This document shows positions 53,650-64,000 of a DNA stretch of 64,000 nt, piece by piece (position 1 is the first letter of the stretch; every line of letters begins with the position of its first letter). The position numbers and the translations under genes were made by a program. The notes beneath the pieces are model-generated. The model did not search any database. It worked only from the letters and a program-made list of their open reading frames with translations, and was not told where the DNA came from. This stretch comes from Lama guanicoe (Eukaryota), in contig MU054323.1 in assembly GCA_013239625.1 (NCBI GenBank), positions 1,240,001 through 1,304,000 of the forward strand, read 5' to 3'.

Positions 53650-55170
53650 CTCTAAACTATTACTTTATCACATTTCACCTACTAGAATGACAAAGACCAA
53701 AACAAGGACTAATTCTCAGCGGTGTTGAGGCTGTGAGAAAACTCATGAACTGACACTGTGAATTCAGACTGCATGGTTTTTGTAAGACAATTTTCATATG
53801 AATTATAATATAAAATGTGCATGTCTAACCTATAAGATATTCAAAAAGGGTACAAAGGTATTTGTGCCATGATGGTCACTGTAGCTTTATTTACAATAGA
53901 AGATTGACTAAATAAATGTTGATGAAGCCACAAAATGGAACACTATGCAATCAAATAAAAGGACAAGGAAAAGGCAAAACCACAGAGACAGAAAGCAGAC
54001 TAGTGTTGCCTGGGGCTGGAGTAGCCATGGGCATTGACTGGAAACAGGCACAAGGGAACTTTAAAGGGTAATGGAAATGTCCTAAAACTGAACTATAGTG
54101 ATGGCTATACAACTGGAAAAATGCACTGATAGCTCATCAAGCTGAACACAAAGTCTAAGAGATTAGACACCAAACTATCAACAGGAGTTATCTCTAGGGA
54201 TGAAGATTATGAGGGGCTTTCACCATAAACACTTTATATTGTTTATATATAGCTAAATGTTATAACTACAAGTTACTTTTGTAATCAGAAAAAAAGTTCT
54301 TAAACAATCCTTATTGTAAACCAATAAATAATATTATATAAAATTATGAAAACCTACTTTCCCAATAACAAGATAAAGATGACTTCTAATACCACTATTT
54401 TTCAATGAACAAGGCCCAAGTAATAAAAAGTAACAAGATATGATTAATACTATCGGTGATGACTTGATTGTCTATTTGAAAAACCAAAGAGAATCTGCTA
54501 AAAGACTATAAAATTTTAATTAAGTTAATAACATGGTTAGTTATGAAATAAATGTCATAAATAAGTGTCTTCCTATCTATTAATGATAATCAAAGAGAAA
54601 ATATAACAAAAACAGAAACTAAAAAATACTTTAGATTAACTCAATAAGAAATTTATACCACCTATATAAAGGAAATCACAGACTTCCTAGAGGTTAATGA
54701 AAGTAATATAGAATAAATGCTATTTTCCTAGATAAGATGACAATATTTTAAAGAGATCAATTATATACAAATAAATCTATAAATGGAGCATAATTTTATT
54801 AAAATGTATATGTTTATTTCTGTAAATTTAAAAACAATTTTAAAGAAAAACTGCAGAAAAATAAGACTTCTCTAAAATCATAATGATTGGGGGTTAATTA
54901 TGAATTCAATATTAAAATTCAGCATATAGAAATAAACTTAAAGAGAGGCATTGGCATTCAAATATGTAACAGATCAGAAGAGCAAAATATCATTGCTCAA
55001 ATATGTATATTAGAATAAATCGTGTGATAAGGATATTTCAAATTCAAAGAAGAAGGAAGAATTACTCAATAAGTACTGGGGGACTCAGCCAACCAGTTAG
55101 AAAAATAAAGTTAGATCCTTTCATCTCACTTTATCCCCCAAAACAAATTTGATATGGATTTAAAACCATA
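53650..55170 (+). mobile_element. Old L1M (L1MC/ME) fragments
   Basis: cacctactagaatgacaaa; gtagctttatttacaata; aaggcaaaaccacagagacagaaagcagactagtg; A-rich degraded ORF2. Confidence 0.75.
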
Positions 55171-55581
55171 GTCCAGGATTCCGAAGACAATGCTTCTGGT
55201 TAAAAAATGCAAATCCAATGATAATAGTCCTGTGAAGACTGTGATTTTTAATGTCATGGGGATCTAACCTAAACATGAAGATCAAAAATACAATAAAACT
55301 AGAAGCATCCAGATCTTAGAGAGAAACAATCACTTCATCTGTCTCCAGCAGTGTAGGGTACTGGAAAGAAATGGATTTTTAAATCATACAGATTTTGATT
55401 AAAATCCTGGCTCTACCATTTACTGGCCAATTACTTAATCTCTCTCCTTGTCTCAATCTCCTTTTAGATAAAGTAGAATAAGTAGAATCAATATATTCCA
55501 CATTAGATATGAGAATGAAATGAAATAATTCATGCAAATCCAAGCCACTTAGATATTAAACTATTATACTTCCTATCCATC

Positions 55582-55909
55582 TGTATTTGTCAATGTGGGC
55601 TGCCATAACAATATACCACAAACTGGGCAGCTTAAATAACAAAAATCAATTTTTTTACAGTTCTGAGGCTGGGAAGTGCAAGGCCAAGGCACAAGCCAGT
55701 TAGGTTCAGGGTAAAAGTCCCCCTCCTGACTTGCTGTCTTCACTTGGTAGGGAGAGACAGGAAACGAGCTCTCTGGTGTCTCTCCTGATAAGGACACTAA
55801 TCCTACCGTGAGGGCCCCACCCTCATAACTTCGTCAATCTCTTAGGGCCTCAACATATGAACTGGGGTGAGGGAATGCAGGAGGGAACACAAACATTAAA
55901 GTCATAACA
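55582..55909 (-). mobile_element. MLT1A0-type MaLR solo LTR
   Basis: gggctgccataacaa..acagttctgaggctgggaagt..ctctctggtgtctct..aaggacactaatcc..cataaca. Confidence 0.9.
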
Positions 55910-56904
55910 CCGTTCCACATTCTTTTATCTCAAAATATTTGCAGGATGAGAAATGTTTAACTATAATTTCTATTTTGTTTCCCTAAAAATTAAAATAGAT
56001 AAGACCACTTGTGAAGACATTCTTGGTTTATTCAGCAGACATTTAATAAGCACCTACTATTTTGCAGATATTGTACTATGTACTGGGGTTATAAAGATTA
56101 ATTAATCAGACATGGTTCCAGCCTTCAAGGGGTTCAGAATCTAACAAATGCCTATTAGTAATGTCTCACTTCTTCCTTAAAAACCATTATTTCTCTCCCT
56201 CTGAATAGCAGTCTTAACGATGAGAGCTTTCATATTTCTCTGGTCATTCTCTTTTTGGGAAAAGCAGCACAGGTAAGCCGGCAGCCTTTATTATCTCTGT
56301 TGAATATATAAAGAAAATAGGTGCTTAGAATTTAAGGACATGAAATAATATTTCTATGTGCTCAGCACTAGGAGAAGAGATGAAATGAAGAGTCCGTGTG
56401 TTTGAACATCTTTGCTTTCTTACCAGATTGTATTCTTTAAAGGAGCAGGCCTCTCTGAATTCTTCACAAAATTAAAGCAAAGTATCTTTTCTAAAAATAT
56501 TTACTAAAATAACTTCTCCATTTGATCCTCAAACAGCTTCACGAGCAAGAAGTAACTCTCTTTAGCAGCTTCATAAAACTGAAGTGAAAAATAAAGGTCA
56601 GAATATCAATGTCAACAGGACTTAACTTGAAAACAATATTTTATCCAGCCATGCCAAATGTCATTCCTTTTCAAAGGAAAGGTTTTCATTGATGTTGTCT
56701 ATGACACAGCACACAAGAAACAGGGAAATTTCAGGCAATAATTACTAAAGCAATTATCACTGATTGTTTCAGGTAAAGAAACTGAAGTTCAAACCATCAA
56801 GTACCAGATAAAAGGTGTCACTGCTGTTTTTGTACATTTATTTAATGTTTATTTTATTTTTCATAAAAATGATACAAGCTCATGGAATAATAATCAAACA
56901 CTAA

Positions 56905-57339
56905 TGTAGGGTTTGAGGACAAGTAGGAGGCTTCACTGAGTGCCAAAGGGGCTCCAGTCACAAGATGCCTGCCTGTGCCCTAAGAAAACAACAAAAATTC
57001 CTCTCCCAGCATGTAATTCCTTTAGCCCCCAAATTCCTCAAGCAAACCAGGCCACTTACCTCCTCCTAAAGATAAACTTAAGCCCTTAGATAGTAAATCA
57101 GCTAACATTTGGAAACTTTCAACACTGACCGCCTTCCTCAAAGCACATAAATGGTTAGACCCTTCCTTATAAAAAGCCTAAAACACCTTCCCTCAGTGCA
57201 TGCACAAGGCACCTCCCATCTGTGTGGCCCGCTGTTGCTTACAGCAGCATATCTAACTTTTTCTTTGTCTCTTAAACTTTTCTTTGTCTCTGGTAGATTC
57301 TTTAAGCACCCATGCACCGACCTGCTGTGCCCCCCAACA
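56905..57339 (+). mobile_element. Solo LTR, 435 bp, family unassigned, inside a reverse L1ME-like fragment
   Basis: TG...CA; perfect 5-bp TSD actaa (56900-56904, 57340-57344); TATAAAAA near 57168. Confidence 0.85.
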
Positions 57340-59369
57340 ACTAAGAACAAATACAAAATGAAAAAAGCAAGTCTTCCTCCATCTCTCCCAAACTCTGCCC
57401 CACTACTCAGAGGTAATTCTCCTTGCCTAACCCTTGTGGAAACGTCGGCTCCTAACATCAATGTATACAATATCATTTTTACTATTTAAATAGGATTAGC
57501 CAATAAATAATATTTTGCACTATACAGGTATCAGTAGTAATATACTTTGGAGAGCTTTCCAGAACAGCACATGTAGCTCTCTTGTTCTATTTAATGTCAG
57601 CTCATTTCCATAAGAGTCCAAAACGGGATTTATTTTTCCTGACTGTTGGTAACCTTTGCATCATGCAGGTAACTCTCTTCCTTAATAAATTCAAAACCTG
57701 AATTGAGAGAAGTCCATTGTATCAAGTTCAACAAGATTTAACTTTAACAACAGTAATTTATCAGTATCTAGCCATGCCAAGGACCACTCCTTTTCAAAAG
57801 AAACATTTTCATTCATATTGTTTACGATGTAGCACACATAAAATAGTAGAATGCCAGGCAACATCCTCTTTCTTTCACACACAGGGCCAAAATAGAAAGA
57901 CACAGCCTGTTTACTGGATTCCTCAGAATTTGCAGCTCAAGATAACTATCCTCAAGTTCACAATAATGAAAATAAAAAGAACAGGAGAAAAAAAATTAAG
58001 GTTTCTTCACACTGGAGATAGAAAGATCAAACAAATCTGCTAGCTATAATTCTGAGCAGTTATTTTGACAGCCAAACTTTAAAAGACAATTTCTCAACAT
58101 TCAAGTGCAGCCAGAGGTAGCAGAACATTCTTTCCCCAAACTCAGTGAGGGCTTTAAAGTGCTGCCTTGTTCAATTCAAAGAGTGGAGTTCCACTTACAA
58201 TGAGAACAACAAAAGTAGACAGAATCTCAGAATGCTAGAAACAGGCAACTCAGTAGGTTTGCTAGAAAAGAAACCTCATTTAGGTAAAAAGATTAAAACT
58301 CCTATTCAGCAAACATTGGCTTTTCTAAGACTACAAAACTCTAAGTAATCATTTCCCCTAATCAAATGGGTGAGCTGTTGCTCTATAATCAATGATAATG
58401 AATGGATTCTGTAAACTAGAGTATTTATAAGCCTCTTCAAAGCAAGAAAGTAGCACTGCCCTTTACAACCTCTCAAAGGAGGGCAGAGATGGAGAAGATG
58501 CCCAACTTCCTGACTCCAGGCTCTAAAGTCCAGCAAAGCTCATTAGCTATTAATCTACCTGCAAACAGTCACATTCAACACAAGACGCCATTCTACAAAT
58601 CTCACCCGAATGAAGACATGCTGGGAAAGGAAAATTAGCCAAAAAAGCCAGACATTTAAACTTGAGAAAGCATCAGAGCTAAAAGGAAAAAATCATGTTT
58701 TAATTCATTCAGGTGTCATGTTTTTATTAATTGCCTTTTCCACCAGGCACTGCCCGTACTAAGGATCTGGGTATGATAAAACTTAATCTCCATAACCAAA
58801 GAAATCCCAGTTTAGACAGGAGACAGAAATGTAAACAATTAACCATTCAATGTTACAAATACCAGGATGAAGGCAAGCCAGGGAGCTCTGGGAGCACAGA
58901 AGGGAGACTCCCTAATCCTAAATGATACATGGAATAGGCACAGAGGGAACTGTTTTTGAGTCCTTTCTTGGAAACTGGTCACAGTGGTTGGCTTAGGAAG
59001 GGAAATATCTACTCAAAGACAGAACTAGAGAGAGATTTTCATTGCATACATGCATTTTTCAACCTTTGAAAATATGCACACTTTACATGTATCACCAACT
59101 CACAAATTAATTAATTTAAAATAAAATGGTGGGTAAAAATGATTAAAGAAATGAATCCTTGTCCAGGATAAAACGCAATAATTGTCTAATATCTGCTTAT
59201 TCACAGTCAAAACAATAAGAATGCATTAGCACCCATGGGTAAATAATAATGCAACTGAATTTTTATAAGCATGTTTGAAGTTTTAAAATTTACATTCTAT
59301 AACAAGGTCACAAGCTTTCATGCAATCACATCATGGCCTTAACAAAATATGATGCTGGTCATGGTGTAA

Positions 59370-60480
59370 ATTGGACTTTATCAAGTAAAGTTGAAGATAT
59401 GCTTCACCTATGACCCATTCCAGCTCTGGGTGGACACTCATGCTGGTTCTCAGTCTTTAATGTGTGTCAGAATCATCTGGAGGGCAAATCCCAGATTGCC
59501 AGGCCCCACCACCAGAATTTTCAATTAAGTAAGGTCTGGAATGTGACCTGAGAATTTGCATTTCTAATGAATTCCCAAGTGATGTTGAAGCTGCTGATGC
59601 AAAGGCCATACTTTGAAAAACACTGCTTTAGAGATAATCATACACATGCACACCAGGACACCTGAACAAGGAAGTTCATAGCAGCATTTTTCATAATTCA
59701 CCAAACTGGAGACAATCCAATCACTATCAATAAAAGGATGCTTAAGTTACGGTGAAATGGTACAATGCATTACTGTATAGCAATGAAAGTAAGCTATAGC
59801 TTCCTGCAATAATATGGATAGCTCTCAGAAAAATAGCATGTAGCAAAAAATGCATCACGAAGAACATTTTTGGGGGGGAGGAGGGTGGGAAGGGATAAAC
59901 TGGGAGTTCGAGATTTGCAGATACTGACTGGTATACATACAATAGATAAACAAGCTTATACTGTATAGCACAGGGAAAAATACTCAGTATCTTGAGTAGT
60001 TTACAGTGAAAAAGAATATGAAAATGAATATATGTATGTTCATGTATGACTGAAGCATTGTGCTGTACACCAGAAATTGACACAACATGTAAACTGACTA
60101 TACCTCAATAAAAAAAAGAGGAAAAACCCCCAACATTTTCAGTGTGATTTCATTAGTATAATATCCCAAAATACAAAAAATGAAACTACTGTATCATTTA
60201 CAGATGTAAACACAGACAGTAGAAGTATAATGCAAAGCAAGTAAACACTTACTGAATAAGTCAGAATGCTGGTTACCTCAAGGTGGAATGTGGGGTCATA
60301 ACTGAGGAGGGTCACATGGAGGGCTGTTAGAGTGCTGAAAATGCACTATTTCTTGACTTGCATGGTGATTATCCCAGTGTTGGCTTTGTAATTATTTGTT
60401 AAATTGTACATGTATATTACATACATATTTAATAAACTTTCTTTATGACTGTTATATTTAACAATAAAAGAAGGGAAAAA
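59370..60480 (+). mobile_element. Old L1ME/MC 3' end with nested MER5A (~59440-59625) and a young L1
   Basis: gttcatagcagcattttt..ccaaactggagacaa..ctatttcttgacttgcatggtg; the MER5A shows gaatttgcatttctaa..ctttgaaaaacactg. Confidence 0.8.
59871..60131 (+). mobile_element. 5'-truncated young L1 3'UTR (camelid-like)
   Basis: gggataaactgggagttcgagatttgcagatactgac..aactgactatacctcaataaaaaa; flanked by aacatttt on both sides. Confidence 0.9.
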
Positions 60481-61689
60481 ATGTATCCAAATGGGACAGA
60501 ACATTAAAAAAGTGAGTGAGGCAAGAAAAGCTTCATAGAGGTGCTGAGAAATAAGCTCCAGTAAAGGAAGTTTAAATCTTTTTAATTAAAAGAACAACTA
60601 GTTTGGATATTTGAAAATAGAGTTGTTAAGTAAAGTATTTTTTTTAATATATTATTCTGTTGACAAGCTAAAATTTTAAAATATCAATTTTATAAAATTC
60701 AATGAAAGGTTTAATAAATTAATAACAGTCTCATCTCACTGCCAACTCAATAGAAATAGATATTTTAAATAATCTATTTTATTACTGCTTTTAGGATAAA
60801 CAAAAGTTTAATTGAATATTATTAAATATGCTTTAAAGTCCAGAATCAGGCTATTTTCTGTGTTGGGTGGGTTCTCAGTGTCAAATTGCAAATGGAAAAA
60901 TCATTACTGGGATTGAGTCTTTTCAGCAAATAGTTACAAATCACCAACATTTCATGATCCAGCACATCTTTCTCCCTTCTTCCCCAGATATAGACAAGGA
61001 TTTTCTTCCTTCTTAATACAGAATCATCACTTTAATCCATGAGAGATAAAGAGTTTTTTAAAATATCCACCTGTTTAGCCAAAGTTTTTAGATGAATCAA
61101 AGCACATCTGTTATATTTCTGTTTCATTTTGCTGAATAATTCTTATTTGCTTTTAAGATACCATCTTGAAGTAGAGGTCAGTTTTCCTTTTGGCTGTTCT
61201 ATCTATAAAATGATGTCTTGATTATTTAAGTTAGTAATTACCTCATTATTCTAAAGACTGAGAGGATGAACCACATAGTTCTCCTTTTAAGCTTCTCCAG
61301 TCTGTAACTTCTCCAGACTCAAGAATATCACAGGTTTACCAGGAAGATGTTTGTCTCTAAAAATTCAAGGACCAATATATTTTTCACTCATAGGTGAGTT
61401 CCCAGTATTAAATCTATTATTTTAATAGAAGGGTAAGAATGATGGTCATTTATACATCAGATTGGATGCAGAAAGGCACTTAGAAATGTATTCAGGGAAA
61501 GAACATTTGTGGCAGTCAATTCCAGAATATCATAATACCTGTGACCTTGCCTCCCTCTCTCATTTGCAGTTTCTTCCTTTACTTTGTATCCTTCTCCCAA
61601 AGAACAACAAAAATATCGCTTATATTCTTTATCCCTTCTCCACTATAAAGCGTCTCTTAACACTACCCTGCATCCAATGTTACTGACTC

Positions 61690-61930
61690 TTCCAAGAAGC
61701 TTTCCTTGAGTTGGCTCCCTTCTCTCCAGGAGGAATTGTGTCTCCCCTCTCTGTGTTCCCACAGCACCTCGTACTCTTCTCTTTTACAATTTCTTCCCTA
61801 AGTATTGCAATTATTTATTTGTATGTCTATGGCTCCCACTGATCCTTGAGGGAGTGGCCACGTTACAGCCATCTCTGAATCTACATCTAACACAATAATT
61901 GATACTCAGTAAACAAAGTATTGAACTGAA
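61690..61930 (+). mobile_element. L2 3' fragment
   Basis: ccaagaagctttccttga..tgttcccacagcacc..tccttgaggg..ttgaactgaa. Confidence 0.7.
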
Positions 61931-64000
61931 CTCTCTCCTCAACTTTTCCACCATCTTAAAATAATTTTCTTCTGGCAAAAATAAATGCTGGTAGCAAGCC
62001 TACTACATGTAAAGTAGCTTGTTAGCAATCTAGGGGTGCCCTCATGGAAATTTGCTATTAAAATTACCACTAAATAAAATACAATGCAAAGGATAAAAAG
62101 TGTTATAAATGCTGAAATGGAATAATGAGCAAAATATATAAAAATGCTGAAGAGAGAAAAATCTGTTCAACTAATGAGCAGAGGAGGATGGGAAAGGAAG
62201 TCTCCAGGCACAAAGTGACACTACATAAATGACACTGTGACCCTCAACCCCTAGTTATCTAGGTTTGAATTACTTGGAATTATCCTCTATTCCCCACCTC
62301 ATCTCATACAGTCATGTGAAAACTCCCAAATATTCCATTTTGGGTAATGGCCCCTAACCCCACCACCTCCTTTGCAATTGCATTCTTATTGCCTCATCTA
62401 TTACCTCTGACATAAAATGAACAACTGTAATAACCTTCTAGCTAATCTCTTTCATCCTTCTTTCTCCACTCTATCAATATATCTTATATAGTCTTTCAGG
62501 ATTAATATAAATGTGGAATTCTAATCCTATCACTTCTCTGCACATAAGCCTTTAATGACTCTCATTAGCTACCAAATTAATTTCCAGTTCTGCAGAGCCA
62601 AAGCACAAACTAACAATTTTAGCCTTATCTCCAACCATCCCCTTACTCTGACTATGGTTTTGGCCAAACTTGGCTGTTCAACATTTCCCAACAGGCTCTG
62701 CACCTTTCTGCCTCATACCTCATTTCTCTTCCTCTACCCGCTGTGGCTTCCCTGCTCATCTCCAACAGTCAAAATTCCAGCCAACTTTTATAAATGCCTG
62801 AAGTGGCTCAAGTGACATTTGCTTGATGAAGCCTCACTGTTGGCTAATTATTTTTTTACAAAGCAACGTGATTTCTCCCCTCTAAATGTCTATGGCGTCA
62901 TTCTTTGGATTCTGTGTTGTTTTCACTGCCCCTTTGAATGTGGACTCACCAGAGCTACGTAGGGCCTCCTACACTCCACAAAATACACGGCCTTTCCCAA
63001 TCCTCCCTCTCCATTATACCTGGAATTGCATTAATAAGGAATTAAATTTTTATTTGAGAAAAAAGCAGCATCTCATTTCCCTTAAGAACTCCTGAAGCAC
63101 CTGGGACTGGGTCTGATACTGAAGGTCTTCCATTCAGTATCAGAAATGGATATTAACGCAGAATGGCCTCATGGCCAGATGAAAACATGCAGATCTAACT
63201 GTTTTAGGGAAGAAATGTAGGTAGCCCTAGTGGGGTGGGATTTGGTGTTATTCACCTTTGTTCCCCCACGGTCCTTTTGCCGAGTTGGCCATGGAAAGCA
63301 TCTGCTTAGGGAAAGTACGGAGACTAAGGTAAGCCTTTAAAGACAAATTAGTTTGGCAGACAAGACTTCTCTTTGACTCTTGGAATGATCTGAAAATCTG
63401 AGTCAAGCCAAGATGAAATATTGACCTGAGGGGTAGCAGCTAAGACCAGGATGCTGAGTGGGAACTGGGAAGACTAGGAACCTGGGCGTTTCTACCGTTG
63501 AGGACGACAAGTCAGGATGGCTCTATTATTGTTAACTACACTTCACCAGCCACAAGAAGTTAGAAACAAACTGAGAAATGTGAGAACATTGGGCCCCTTC
63601 AAACCAATATCGCTTAAACATTTGTTCACTATTTTTTAGTGGGGGCAAGACATCAAGTAACTTTTTACTAATAAGGACCATATACACAGACATATTTAAT
63701 TACTAACCCATTTCTAATGTCTGAGAGTCAATTTCTGGAAGGAAAAAAAAAAAGACCAGAACAGTTGCCTACTCTCCTATGGCATAACATAATAAATCAT
63801 TCATCCCCAATACACAGAAGCATGGCCTGCACTACTTGGTTTCAAAATTTCAGCTGACTCTGAGTGCCAAGGACGAATACATGTACCATGTTGCAAAACG
63901 ATCAATAGAGCTATTATTCCTTCTCCCACTTAAAGAGTGATGGAAATTTCCACTGGATAGTATTTTCAGTGTCATTGGGAGTGGGAATACATTTAGCCAT

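Noticed and set aside
56208..56277. Donor cag|GTAAGC with an upstream hydrophobic mini-ORF (MRAFIFLW)
   Set aside because: Weak acceptor, too short, no corroboration.
1..64000. Host gene identity; CRISPR, operon or other prokaryotic system
   Set aside because: No recognisable coding exon to name a gene; the sequence is mammalian throughout, with no repeat-spacer array or long ORFs.

Overview
Mammalian, repeat-rich, apparently non-coding DNA (intronic or intergenic). I could not support any protein-coding gene, tRNA, rRNA or CpG island. The ORF track consists of short chance ORFs, mostly inside repeats. The young L1 3' ends (19334-19556, 59871-60131) resemble artiodactyl, probably camelid, L1s, and I saw no Alu, Bov-tA, PRE-1 or CHR SINEs; the species call is inference. 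The window is a layered transposon landscape: ancient L3/CR1, L2, MIR and MER hAT elements; MaLR and ERVL LTRs; L1M fragments; and five solo LTRs with intact target-site duplications (TSDs). The most notable structures are: (i) a nested LTR cluster at 33.5-36.1 kb with two related ERV1 LTRs in inverted orientation; (ii) a young ERVK-type solo LTR; (iii) a 19-bp-stem hairpin in unique sequence flanked by H-box-like and ACA motifs; (iv) an old ~200-bp duplication split by later insertions; (v) a CpG-rich CR1 reverse-transcriptase relic; and (vi) enhancer-like and cassette-exon-like segments. I found no convincing novel biological system. Repeat family names come from recalled consensus sequences, and boundaries without a TSD are approximate.
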